This document shows positions 10,068 through 20,073 of a DNA stretch of 64,000 nt, piece after piece. The stretch's first letter is position 1, and each line of letters starts with the position of its first letter. The DNA is from Candidatus Hermodarchaeota archaeon (GTDB lineage Archaea; Asgardarchaeota; Hermodarchaeia; Hermodarchaeales; Hermodarchaeaceae), in the NCBI GenBank assembly GCA_016839365.1, contig JAEOUH010000071.1, forward strand, positions 26,865-90,864, in the 5' to 3' direction. The translations under genes and the position numbers were made by a program. The notes below the pieces were generated by a model. That model made no database searches. It was not told the DNA's origin and saw nothing but the letters and a program-made list of their open reading frames with translations.

Positions 10068-11600
10068 TTAGGTATTGAGTTGAAAGCAGACACCACTGAA
10101 CTGGTCGAAGATGGAACGGAATGCTTTGTAGAGTTTATTGTAAGTGGATACCCGCTCTGGGTCAGGCTTAACCTCTCGATCATAGGTAAAAAGATGTTGA
10201 AGGTCATCAAAGGACTTGAACTCACCTAAGGCTACTGCAGCTAATAACGCGACCCCTACGGTACCAGCATCTTGCAGAGTAGTCACACGCTTCAAGGGTA
10301 CATTGAGCACATCGGCGAATATTTGCATCCAAAGATCACTTTTGGCTCCACCCCCACAGATGTTTAAGCCAGGGAAAGAGTGCCCCATACCCTCTAGTAC
10401 TTCTTTGACCCACCGTGTGTTATAAGCTACTCCTTCCAGTACTGCTCGGACCATATGGGCCCGTTGATGGTCAAAACTCAGATTCAAGAAAGCACTGCGG
10501 ATGAAGGGATTGATGAAAGGACACCGCTCACCAATGGGCCAAGGCAAGTATATGAGATTTCGACTACCAGGAGGAACTTGTTTTGCTTTCTCAGTGATGA
10601 GATCATAGACATCAATGTTGGCAGCGGAGGCCTCCTTAATCTCAGCAGTGCACACATTATCCACTAGCCATGCTAAGCATGCCCCCGCACTCTCCATATG
10701 TCCGGTTAATAGTAGTCGGCCTGGTATGGCACTCTCTACAGTTCCTGCTCCGGCTAGATCAAATTGTGGCTCATCTTGGTGTTGGGCAATCCAACCTGAC
10801 GATCCGACATATAGGTGAGGTTCTTTGGGTTTTAATGCACCAGACCCAATCGGAACAGCCACCATATCACCACAGCCACACACAACCTGGGTTTCAGCTG
10901 TTAATCCCATCTGTTTGGCTGCTTCAGGTGAAAGGGTTCCCAAAATATCAGTGGTCTTTTTGATTATTGCCAACTGGTCCATTGAAAGCCCTAATCCTTC
11001 TTCGATGATTTCGGGTTGGGGTTCATGATGATCAATCCGAAAATAATTCCACAGACATGCATGACTCCAATCAGTATAGAAATCACCTACACCGGCCTGG
11101 AAGAGAATCCAGTCTTTGACATCTACAAACTTCGCTGCTTTTTTGAAAATATGGGGTTCCTCATGCTTCACCCATAGAATCTTGGGTAGGGGATCCTTTG
11201 CGGAAGCGACGGGGATGATATTCTTTGCCAGCATGTCTGGAATAGTGAACTGGTTCATCAATGGAGTTACATAATCAACAGATCGTACATCGAGCCACAA
11301 GATCGTCTTCCGAAGGGGACGTCCCTTCTTATCCACAGGAATCACCGAGGCCATCATTGCGTCAACTGTGAAGGCAGTGATTGAACGGGGATCGATACCG
11401 GTTTGGTTAATGATCTCCCGGGATGTGGTGGTGATGGCATCCCAATAGACCTTTGGATCTTGTTCCGCCCATCGCTCCTTGGGGTACTCTACATGATAGG
11501 CTTGTGTTGCAGTGCCTTGAACACAGCCTTGCATATCAATGATACTGGATTTGGTAGCACTGGTGCCTAAATCACAAGCAAGAATATAGTTGGCAGACAT
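10068..11600 (-). CDS. FGGY-family carbohydrate kinase (xylulokinase-like)
   Basis: DLGTSATK, WLDVR, GCGD, GERCP, CGGGAKSDLWMQIFADV. Confidence 0.88.
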   Translation of the reverse strand: MSANYILACDLGTSATKSSIIDMQGCVQGTATQAYHVEYPKERWAEQDPKVYWDAITTTSREIINQTGIDPRSITAFTVDAMMASVIPVDKKGRPLRKTILWLDVRSVDYVTPLMNQFTIPDMLAKNIIPVASAKDPLPKILWVKHEEPHIFKKAAKFVDVKDWILFQAGVGDFYTDWSHACLWNYFRIDHHEPQPEIIEEGLGLSMDQLAIIKKTTDILGTLSPEAAKQMGLTAETQVVCGCGDMVAVPIGSGALKPKEPHLYVGSSGWIAQHQDEPQFDLAGAGTVESAIPGRLLLTGHMESAGACLAWLVDNVCTAEIKEASAANIDVYDLITEKAKQVPPGSRNLIYLPWPIGERCPFINPFIRSAFLNLSFDHQRAHMVRAVLEGVAYNTRWVKEVLEGMGHSFPGLNICGGGAKSDLWMQIFADVLNVPLKRVTTLQDAGTVGVALLAAVALGEFKSFDDLQHLFTYDREVKPDPERVSTYNKLYKAFRSIFDQFSGVCFQLNT

Positions 11601-11660
11601 TTCGAGGCCTCCCGGGTATTAAGGGTAGAAACCTGGTTAAAGGCTTATTCCACTGAACCC

Positions 11661-12758
11661 TTACTGCTCTATCGCGTTTCTTAGGGAGTCCAAACAGGCT
11701 TCGTTTTGTGCTTGGGTGCCGACGGTAATGCGAATGAACTGCCCTACTAATCCAGCTTTTCCAGTATAGTCTCGGACGATGATACCGTCCTGCAAGAGTT
11801 TCTGAGAAATTTTATTCGAATCTGCATTAGATGCAGTAAATTGTGTTAGTACAAAGTTAGTTCTTGAGGGAAAAGCTCTAACATTGGGTAATCCGTTGAG
11901 AGACTTTTCCAAGAATTCTCGACCAGCCTTGATTTCCTTTTTCACATAATTCAGATATTGAGTATCGCCTAGCGCGGCAACGGCTGCAGCTGCGGTGATG
12001 CGGTTAACTGGAAAGTGGTGTACAACCTTTGTGAGATAATCAGCCAATTCGGGGTTTGTGATAGCATAGCCAAGGCGTAATCCTGCAAAACCGAATGCCT
12101 TAGCCATGGTCCGAGTGATGATGAGGTTTGAGTGATTATGAATAAAGTGCGCGAGGCTGGTGTCAGCAAAGTCGAAATACGCTTCATCAACAACAATAAG
12201 CAAATCCAGGTCAAGTAAACGCTTGAACTCACTTTCGGGAATACAGTTGCCCACAGGATTATTCGGACTTACTAAAATGATTTCTTTAGTAGCTGGTGTA
12301 ATGGTATTAAAGACATGATCAAGATTCCAAGTGTAATCAGGAGGGGGGCGTGGAGCGAGTTGGGAGGTTCCTCCAAAGATGGCGAGACGTAGTTGATAGG
12401 GTCCGTAATCAGGAGGAATAAAGAGCGCCGCTTCTCTGGGATTAAGGAAGCCATGATAGAAGGCATCAATGAATTGGGTCGATCCATTTCCGACGACAAT
12501 CTGAGTATCGGGAAATCCTGTATAGGTTGAGAGTGCCTTTTTGAGTTCATAGTAGGAGGAGTCGGGGTATAAGTGAGCGGTATCCAGGGCTTCGATAGCT
12601 GCTTGCCGGGCTTGGGGGGAAATCCCGAAAGGAAGCTCATTGCCCATAAGCCGTGCATAATCATCACGAAGTTCGTAAAGTTTTCTGAGGAGCGCTGTGG
12701 GGCTGTATGCAACACCTTTCTGAATGTGTGGCTTTAGCAGATGTGAAATGTCACCCAT
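11661..12758 (-). CDS. hisC: Histidinol-phosphate/aromatic aminotransferase (class II PLP)
   Basis: GNGS, SPNNPVG, DEAY, RTMAKAFGFAGLRLGY, RITVG; no other his genes nearby. Confidence 0.78.
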   Translation of the reverse strand: MGDISHLLKPHIQKGVAYSPTALLRKLYELRDDYARLMGNELPFGISPQARQAAIEALDTAHLYPDSSYYELKKALSTYTGFPDTQIVVGNGSTQFIDAFYHGFLNPREAALFIPPDYGPYQLRLAIFGGTSQLAPRPPPDYTWNLDHVFNTITPATKEIILVSPNNPVGNCIPESEFKRLLDLDLLIVVDEAYFDFADTSLAHFIHNHSNLIITRTMAKAFGFAGLRLGYAITNPELADYLTKVVHHFPVNRITAAAAVAALGDTQYLNYVKKEIKAGREFLEKSLNGLPNVRAFPSRTNFVLTQFTASNADSNKISQKLLQDGIIVRDYTGKAGLVGQFIRITVGTQAQNEACLDSLRNAIEQ

Positions 12759-12891
12759 CGTGTATTCTCACCCTGGATCAATAATGGTATTGAGCTGTTT
12801 CAGTTGCGGTATATCTTAAAACCGATGGTTGTACCGAAATCTAGTTCAGCCTATTAGGCTCAGATTTTTCCGCTATCCGGCTCGCTTTTAA

Positions 12892-14433
12892 ATGGAGGTC
12901 ACTCAATCTTTGAGCATGGCGGTCTATGACGATATTATGGCAAAGTACCGTGAGGTGGCGTTAACTGAGTCCGTGATTTCCACCATGGGGTGGGATATGG
13001 ATGTTTACCTGCCACCCAAAGGATACCCGTTGAGAGGTGAACAGCTGGGATTACTGAATCAAATGCGCCAGCGGATGCTCTCAAGCCCTGAAATTGGAAC
13101 ACTCCTCAATAAGGCTGAATCCAAAACCGAATATGCCAAACTCGATGCAACCCAAAGAAGGAACCTCTACTTATTACGACGCCAATATGAAATCATGGTA
13201 AAGATTCCTGAAGAACTGACTGGAGCAATCTCAAAACAGGCAACAAAAGCGGTCGGCATTTGGAAACAGGCGAAGTCGAAGAACGATTGGAAACTCTTTG
13301 AACCTGAACTGGCAGAGCTCATCACCTTGCTCCGGAGACGTGGAGAAATTCTGATGGAGGTCCGAAATACTCCCACACTCTATGATGCATTCATAGACAT
13401 CTTTGAACCGAAGATGACGCAAGAAAAAATATCCAAGGTATTCACAGAGCTTCGAGACGATCTAATCCCATTGGTCGACAAATATAGCACTATAGTGAAA
13501 GATATGGATTTTTCTTTCCTGAAACGCAAAGTGCCTGTTGAACAACAACGTAAAATCGCAACAGCGCTCTGCGAGTACATCCAATATGATACTACCTCGG
13601 ACCAGGCCGGTGGGCGAATCGATGAAACCGAACACCCATTCACCAGCGGTTATTATGATGATGTCCGAATAACTACACACTACCATGAGGATAGTTTCAC
13701 ATCTGCATTCTATTCAGTGTTACACGAAGGGGGACACGCGTTATACGAACAGAATTTTCCACATGAAGGGAAATTCCAACCCTGGGGCGATTCAGCCAGT
13801 TATGGGCTCCATGAATCTCAATCAAGATTCGTCGAAAACGTCCTGGGGCGATCAAAGGAGTTCATCTCATACTTCTATCCAACACTCAATAAACTTACAA
13901 ATAATACATTCAAGGATATCAGCGCCAATCAATTGACTCAAGCGGTCAATAAGGTTGAACGATCAAAGATCCGCATCGAAGCCGATGAGGTCACCTACTC
14001 ACTTCATGTCATTATTCGGTTTGAAATTGAACGCGATCTCTTCGCGAACAAAGTCAGTGTCGCTGATTTACCTAGTGTGTGGAACGAAAAATACGAGAAA
14101 TACCTAGGTGTAACAATTCAAACCGACACTGAAGGAGTTTTACAGGATACACATTGGGCGTCTGGATACCACGGATACTTCCCCAGCTATGCTCTCGGCA
14201 ACGTCTACGGTGGGCAGCTACTCACGGCGATGGAAACGAAACTACCAAATTGGCTCGATCTCGTTGCCTCAGGAGACTTTGGGCCAATCAAGGAATGGAT
14301 GGGAACTAATGTTCACCGAAAGGGAAATCTGTATGACCCTGAAGATCTATTGAAACAGATTACTGGTGAAGGGCTGAACGCAAAACCTTTCATTCATTAT
14401 TTAACAGCTAAATACAAAAAGATCTTCGACTAG
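12892..14433 (+). CDS. Carboxypeptidase Taq (peptidase M32)
   Basis: HPF, HEGGHALYEQ, HESQSRF, IRIEADE, GYFPSYALG. Confidence 0.92.
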   Translation: MEVTQSLSMAVYDDIMAKYREVALTESVISTMGWDMDVYLPPKGYPLRGEQLGLLNQMRQRMLSSPEIGTLLNKAESKTEYAKLDATQRRNLYLLRRQYEIMVKIPEELTGAISKQATKAVGIWKQAKSKNDWKLFEPELAELITLLRRRGEILMEVRNTPTLYDAFIDIFEPKMTQEKISKVFTELRDDLIPLVDKYSTIVKDMDFSFLKRKVPVEQQRKIATALCEYIQYDTTSDQAGGRIDETEHPFTSGYYDDVRITTHYHEDSFTSAFYSVLHEGGHALYEQNFPHEGKFQPWGDSASYGLHESQSRFVENVLGRSKEFISYFYPTLNKLTNNTFKDISANQLTQAVNKVERSKIRIEADEVTYSLHVIIRFEIERDLFANKVSVADLPSVWNEKYEKYLGVTIQTDTEGVLQDTHWASGYHGYFPSYALGNVYGGQLLTAMETKLPNWLDLVASGDFGPIKEWMGTNVHRKGNLYDPEDLLKQITGEGLNAKPFIHYLTAKYKKIFD

Positions 14434-14635
14434 AAGAGAAGAAAATAACACAAATCCACAACTAGATTCAACAATAGCGGATGAGTAGAACCGGAAATCG
14501 AGTGATAATAATCGATTCTTCGAAAAACGCATCAAAAATCTAGCTTCAAGAGACCAACTAAAGCTTTCTTAAAGGCATTTTTTAATAAGCTACATGAGGA
14601 GCGATATCAGTTCCTGGAAGGGGTAGCGAAAAAGG

Positions 14636-15484
14636 ATGATCCATCATGTTTTCATAATTGATGCACGAGACACCGTGGTCGTGCAGAAGAAGTTCTGGAT
14701 CATCAATGTTGACAAAGAAGAAATACGACGATTCGCATTTCGAGTAAAAACGAACCAGATGCTATTGATTGAAGAAATCGGGTCAATAAAATGTATAGGC
14801 CAACCCCTTGGCCGGGGTGTTGTCATCCTTTGCGCTGAGTTCGTTGATGAAGATACAACCTTGATGGAAAAAATCGAAAAAGTGGCTTTTGAGTTTCGCA
14901 GAGTGATCAGCTATGAAGAAGAATTCGATGCGTTCATGCGGAAACTCGACACCTACGTGACGACTAAGCTAAAAATTAGCTTACTAGGTCACGGCGGTGT
15001 CGGCAAGACCACAATACTCCATCTCCTTAATGGTGGTAAGATGCCCCAAACGTATATCCCGACAATAGGGGTTGATATCCAGAAAGTTGAGAGGACACGA
15101 ATTGGCACTTATGAACTTTTATTGTGGGATTTTGCTGGGCAGGAAAGGTTCAGGAAGTTATGGAAGACATTGTTTTCTCGTTGTCGAATCGTGTTTTTAG
15201 TCACGGATTCCACTTTGGAGAATGTTTTACAGAGTAGGGATATTCTGGATTTTTTGAAAGAACATGATTCGCTGAATGCTGTTGTAATTATTGCAAACAA
15301 GCAAGATTTACCTGGAGCCCTTCAACCATCGATTGTCCAACGATTATTGGGCATAAAGACATTCGGACTCATAGCAATCGATCCTAATGACCGCTTGAAA
15401 GCCCTGGATATCATCCAAAAAAGCCTCGAACGTGAAGTGGATTGGACAAAGATGGAAATCGATACTATCAATTTCCTCCCGTAA
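14636..15484 (+). CDS. Arf-related small GTPase with N-terminal longin-like domain (eukaryotic signature protein)
   Basis: GHGGVGKT (G1), YIPTIG (G2), WDFAGQERFRKLW (G3), ANKQDLP (G4); about 110-aa N-terminal domain starting MIHHVFIID. Confidence 0.85.
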   Translation: MIHHVFIIDARDTVVVQKKFWIINVDKEEIRRFAFRVKTNQMLLIEEIGSIKCIGQPLGRGVVILCAEFVDEDTTLMEKIEKVAFEFRRVISYEEEFDAFMRKLDTYVTTKLKISLLGHGGVGKTTILHLLNGGKMPQTYIPTIGVDIQKVERTRIGTYELLLWDFAGQERFRKLWKTLFSRCRIVFLVTDSTLENVLQSRDILDFLKEHDSLNAVVIIANKQDLPGALQPSIVQRLLGIKTFGLIAIDPNDRLKALDIIQKSLEREVDWTKMEIDTINFLP

Positions 15485-15572
15485 GCACAACGAACGGCGC
15501 TATACCTGAATCATTTGTAAAGCCAACGAATTTAATTAGACAATGCATTCTCAAAATGTATTAGTGAATTAC

Positions 15573-16442
15573 ATGGCAAGCCAAACCGATGCACCCACTA
15601 GCCAAAAGCCTGACAAGTTCCTTGTGAGTAAGGTTCACACCTCAGAGAATCTTCGAACGGATATCGAAAAAGCCGTAGAGCTCATTGGCGGGTTTGACCC
15701 CCTAATCCAGCCTGGCGATTTGGTGACCATAAAACCCAACCTGAATACCGCTGACCCCTATCCCGCCTCGAGTGATGTGGATTTCATTCAAGCATTAGGT
15801 GAAGCCTTGTTAGCTGCAGGGGCTGGAAAGCTCCAAATCATGGATGCATCTACCCAACGCGTTTGCACCCGGGATGTCGGTGAAGCCATTGGCATCTGCG
15901 ACGTGGCATTGGATTTGGATGCCGATTTCATTTCCCTTGATGAGCACCCCTGGATCAAACAAACATTACCTAAAGGGAAGTACCTGAAGAGTGGGCATAT
16001 CGGTGAACCAGCCCTGAATCTTGGTAAATTGGTCATTGCTCCGTGTTTGAAGACCCACTTTATCGCAAAATTTACAGCTAGTATGAAGGTGATGATGGGG
16101 TTGCTGAAACGCCAAGACCGTCTTAAAATGCACATCCGACACCTCGAATATAAAATCGCCGACCTTGCCTCCTATTTTCATCCAATACTCGTAATAATGG
16201 ATGCCCGTAAGATCTTCGTGACAAAGGGTCCTGCTTCCGGAGACCTTGAAACCCCCAATCTAATTTTAGCAAGTCACGACATGGTGGCTATTGATGTTGA
16301 GGGTGTGCGACTTCTTCAAAGCTATAACGCGAGTAACAAACTCAATGTACCGGTTTGGGAGCTAGGACAAATCGCCCGAGCCAAGGAAATCGGGTTCGGA
16401 GCTACAAGTGATGATGAGATTCAAGTCATCGAGGGGCCTTAG
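15573..16442 (+). CDS. DUF362 family protein
   Basis: VTIKPNL, PCLKTH, ASHDMVAID motifs; start may be 15543. Confidence 0.8.
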   Translation: MASQTDAPTSQKPDKFLVSKVHTSENLRTDIEKAVELIGGFDPLIQPGDLVTIKPNLNTADPYPASSDVDFIQALGEALLAAGAGKLQIMDASTQRVCTRDVGEAIGICDVALDLDADFISLDEHPWIKQTLPKGKYLKSGHIGEPALNLGKLVIAPCLKTHFIAKFTASMKVMMGLLKRQDRLKMHIRHLEYKIADLASYFHPILVIMDARKIFVTKGPASGDLETPNLILASHDMVAIDVEGVRLLQSYNASNKLNVPVWELGQIARAKEIGFGATSDDEIQVIEGP

Positions 16443-16486
16443 GAATCTGCAAGAATCTAAACAAGATTTACTATGCGTTGAGAATT

Positions 16487-16957
16487 CTATCTGGACACTT
16501 TGATGATGTCATCGTAGTGCCCGTCGCGGATTTTGTTGAGGACTACGAAGGAGCGGGTCTTTTCGATGAAGCCTTGATCACGGATTTGTTCGATGATTTC
16601 TTCAAAGCAAGGAATATCACGGCAGACAATTTTGATAATGAGGTCAAACTCACCAGTCACCGTGTAGATTTCGACGATGTTATCAATGTCCTGAAGCGCT
16701 TTGGCTACTTTGGGTCCTGGCATTCGTCCGGCGTTAACACCCATGAGGACTATTATGGGATTGTCAGCTTTTTCATAATCGATATCCACGGTGAAGCGTT
16801 TGATAACGCCAGTTTTGGTGAGTCGATCGATGCGGCGACGCACGGCCGATTCATTCAGCCCAAGGGTTCGAGCTAGTCCAGCAACAGGTTGCCGGGCATC
16901 ACGCACAAGGTGTCGAAGAATCCGCCGATCGGTTTCATCAATGAGTGATTGGGTCAT
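16487..16957 (-). CDS. Lrp/AsnC transcriptional regulator
   Basis: DETDRRIL...DAR...GLNESAVRRRIDRL...GVIKRF HTH, VTGEFD RAM domain; divergent from ilvE. Confidence 0.92.
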   Translation of the reverse strand: MTQSLIDETDRRILRHLVRDARQPVAGLARTLGLNESAVRRRIDRLTKTGVIKRFTVDIDYEKADNPIIVLMGVNAGRMPGPKVAKALQDIDNIVEIYTVTGEFDLIIKIVCRDIPCFEEIIEQIRDQGFIEKTRSFVVLNKIRDGHYDDIIKVSR

Positions 16958-17133
16958 TTTGTCACATCCGCAACATTTTAAGGAGGACTTGAGGGGGCTC
17001 GAAAATCAAGGTTTTGGGAGCCATTTCTAGCCTGTTTCAGTCATACCCTTAAAGGATATTGGTGGTTTATGCATTTTCATTCAAATTTCTTGGCAGATTC
17101 TAACGTTCCCTTATATTATATCGGTGGATTTCA

Positions 17134-18021
17134 ATGGCAAAGGATCCAGTTTTCTACATTGATGGAGAATTTGTGCTGAGTCAAGAAGCTAAGATTTCAG
17201 TATTTGACCATGGCCTCCTGTACGGTGACGGTATCTTTGAAGGCATCCGCATCTATTCGGGTGTGGTCTTCAAGTTGGATGCCCATTTGGATCGGTTGTA
17301 TCGGAGTGCTCGGGCGATGTGGTTGACAATTCCCCTGGAGAAAGCAGAAATGAAGGCGGCAGTGTTGGAGACGCTCCGGCGTAACGGGTATCAGGACTCG
17401 TATATCCGGTTGCTGGTGACCCGGGGGAAGGGCGATTTGGGGGTAAATCCGAAGAAATGTCCAAAGGCGTCAGTGGTGATTATTAACGTCCAGGTGGAGC
17501 CCATGCACGGACATGGCAAAGCCGATGGGATAACCACAATCATTTCAAGCATCCGGCGACAAGCCCCGGATTCGACGAGCCACGAAATCAAATCCCTCAA
17601 CTACCTGAATAGTGTCTTAGCTACGATTGAGGCGAATCGACAGGGCGTAGACGATGCAATCATCTTGGATCAACGAGGCTTCGTCGCAGAAGCGACAGGT
17701 ACTACGCTCGTGGCGGTCTGGGATGGTGCGTTGTATGCACCTCCGCTGACAGCCAGCATCTTGGATAGCATTACCCGACGATTCGTCCTCGAAATGGCGG
17801 AAGATCTCGGTTATCCAGTTCATGAAAGAGATATGACACCATTCCAGCTGTTGATGGCTGAAGAGGTGTTTCTCTGTGGGACTATGGGTGAGATAACACC
17901 AGTACGTAGCATCAACGACCAAGAAATCGGTTCTAAAACACCTGGTCCTATCACTGAACAATTAATTGCTGAGTATCAGAATCGTCGAAAAGACCCTAAG
18001 AATGGCACACCGATTAGCTAG
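17134..18021 (+). CDS. ilvE: Branched-chain amino acid aminotransferase
   Basis: ISVFDHGLLYGDGIFEGIR, YIRL, KSLNY, EEVFLCGT. Confidence 0.92.
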   Translation: MAKDPVFYIDGEFVLSQEAKISVFDHGLLYGDGIFEGIRIYSGVVFKLDAHLDRLYRSARAMWLTIPLEKAEMKAAVLETLRRNGYQDSYIRLLVTRGKGDLGVNPKKCPKASVVIINVQVEPMHGHGKADGITTIISSIRRQAPDSTSHEIKSLNYLNSVLATIEANRQGVDDAIILDQRGFVAEATGTTLVAVWDGALYAPPLTASILDSITRRFVLEMAEDLGYPVHERDMTPFQLLMAEEVFLCGTMGEITPVRSINDQEIGSKTPGPITEQLIAEYQNRRKDPKNGTPIS

Positions 18022-18061
18022 GTCACTTCCTTGGACTTTCTTGCGGTCACCTCCAAGCGGA

Positions 18062-19513
18062 CTAAATAGGGATAATAGTCCCCTTTAGCGTTGAAGAGAC
18101 AGGGCTATGCTTGCTGAAATATTGTTTGAGGGCATCAATTGCTGTGACCTTGAGATCTCTCCGGTTAGTGCCATAATGGGCGGGGATACCTTGGATAGTG
18201 AGGAAACAGGCACGGTACATCTTTGCGGGATTCAGGGGATGTCCCTCGATGAAGAAATCGAGGATACGCTTACGGTAGGGGTTCTCGATTTTAAAATAGA
18301 TGTTCAGACCTAAGCAGCGTTTGACATAGCCCCCTTGCTGTCGGTAGGGATCACGGGAAAAGGTGTTTTCTAGATTATCTTCCATCATCTGCCACAGCTG
18401 TTCCCCCTTAATATCACAGATTGAGATGGGGGGATTGTGAGGGATGATATTATAGAGATCATCCATGGTCACGTCCCCTGGAGGGATTGGGGCTCCAAAG
18501 CGATAGCCATTCGAGAAGGCGAGTTCGGCTCCGCTTGCATCGAAACAGGCTTGGAGTAGAAGATTATCCATAGTGGATTCAAGAGAACGCCAACGGCTGA
18601 GAGTGCTGCGGGTTTGTCCGACAACAGTGTTGAGCATTGATTGTTCCGAGGTGGAAAGGATACGAGAGACCATGTCTTCGACGGCGGGGTTGGGTGGTGT
18701 GACCTCTTCGATGGTATGGAGTTTGTGCTGGAAGGTTTTGACCCGGTTGTTGACGATTTTTAAATCGAGCTTCCCAAGAAAAGATGCATGGCTCCCGGAT
18801 TGAATAATAACGGCACGGTTTACCACAACGGGTTGGTAGAGGCGATTATGAGTATGTCCACTGAGGAGTATATCGATACCATCGATTTCAGAGGCGAGTT
18901 TGAGGTCGTGGGGATACCCTAGATGCGATAAGACGAGAACTAGGTCGACACGTTCTTTTTCACGGAGATGAGTTATATAGTCGGGGAGTTCTTCGTTGCC
19001 GAGGGTGAAATAGACACCTTCACTGAAGGAGGGGGGCATGGTTTTGTCAATGTGGTTCGCGCAAATTCCCACAACCCCGATATGAAGCCCATTGCGCTCA
19101 ATGATAGTGCCTGGGGAAAAGATGAGGGTCTTGGTGTCTTTCGAGTAACAATTGATAGCCAGCATTGGATAATTGAGTTTATGCGTAATGGCTTGGAATT
19201 CAGCGGGTCCGTAGGCAAATTCCCAGTGTGCGGTCATGGCATCGATGGCTAAGGCGTTGAGGATAGGGATCATCGCGTTGCCATTATCTTTCATCGCGGT
19301 GTAGGTGCCATGGATAGTATCCCCGTTGTCAAAGGTGAGGACCTGGTTGGGATGGTCTACTTCGAATTGACCAAGGAGGGTCGCTAGACGAGCAAAGCCG
19401 CCAACTTTCTTCGTGGTGGGGCGGCCGCTTTTCCAAAGAACTTCATGGTGCGGGTTGAGATATCCGTGGGAGTCGTTTAGCTGGAGAATAGTGAGATGAC
19501 GTTCTTGACTCAT
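18062..19513 (-). CDS. Cytoplasmic bifunctional metallophosphatase/5'-nucleotidase, SoxB-like
   Basis: NDSHG, DNGD, HWEF, SHLG, GHTH; FSNGYRFG and DPYRQQGG resemble SoxB; no signal peptide. Confidence 0.8.
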   Translation of the reverse strand: MSQERHLTILQLNDSHGYLNPHHEVLWKSGRPTTKKVGGFARLATLLGQFEVDHPNQVLTFDNGDTIHGTYTAMKDNGNAMIPILNALAIDAMTAHWEFAYGPAEFQAITHKLNYPMLAINCYSKDTKTLIFSPGTIIERNGLHIGVVGICANHIDKTMPPSFSEGVYFTLGNEELPDYITHLREKERVDLVLVLSHLGYPHDLKLASEIDGIDILLSGHTHNRLYQPVVVNRAVIIQSGSHASFLGKLDLKIVNNRVKTFQHKLHTIEEVTPPNPAVEDMVSRILSTSEQSMLNTVVGQTRSTLSRWRSLESTMDNLLLQACFDASGAELAFSNGYRFGAPIPPGDVTMDDLYNIIPHNPPISICDIKGEQLWQMMEDNLENTFSRDPYRQQGGYVKRCLGLNIYFKIENPYRKRILDFFIEGHPLNPAKMYRACFLTIQGIPAHYGTNRRDLKVTAIDALKQYFSKHSPVSSTLKGTIIPI

Positions 19514-19626
19514 TCAGGATAGTTCCTCCCGGTTCACCAAAGGGCTCAAATGCGAACGAATCTATTCTCATGATGGCACTTGAGGATTCCGATTCTGCAG
19601 AGAAGGATATCTGTTTGATACAAAGT

Positions 19627-19893
19627 TTAGACCGAAGGGGTGCCTTTGGTTTGATTGGTTTTCGAACGTGGGAATGGACAGGATTGCATCATCGCTTGAA
19701 CTCCCTTGACAGATTCTTTGATAAGGAAATTCCAGGTTAAAGGACCAAGATCGAGGAGGGCATTGAGAAAATTATCCCAGGTTTGTTCACCCAACCCAAG
19801 ACTTTTCTCATAGGCGCTTTTCATTGCTACAAACTTAGCTTTGGTTCCACAGAGCATACCGATTGCTGTCCATTTGTCCTTTGATTTTGACAT
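19627..19893 (-). CDS. Small hypothetical protein (possible small DNA-binding protein)
   Basis: ATG at 19893 preceded by GGAGG; 88 aa; no recognised motif. Confidence 0.5.
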   Translation of the reverse strand: MSKSKDKWTAIGMLCGTKAKFVAMKSAYEKSLGLGEQTWDNFLNALLDLGPLTWNFLIKESVKGVQAMMQSCPFPRSKTNQTKGTPSV

Positions 19894-20073
19894 TAGATAG
19901 CCTCCGAGATTGAGAGCACTTCCTGACAATATCAGTTTTCATTTTTGAACCTGTCGGCTCAAAGGTAGACAGAAAGTTTGGTAATTTTTTATTCTCTGTA
20001 TTCGATTTTCTGGTAGCAATAAATAATTAATGGATTCAGGTTAATGGTGGTGTGGAGTTAAGGTGTTCAGTCG

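Noticed and set aside
9968-10225. 86-aa N-terminal extension of PepF in the ORF track
   Set aside because: It overlaps the kinase 3' end and the promoter region; the family-typical WDLS begins just after 9967.
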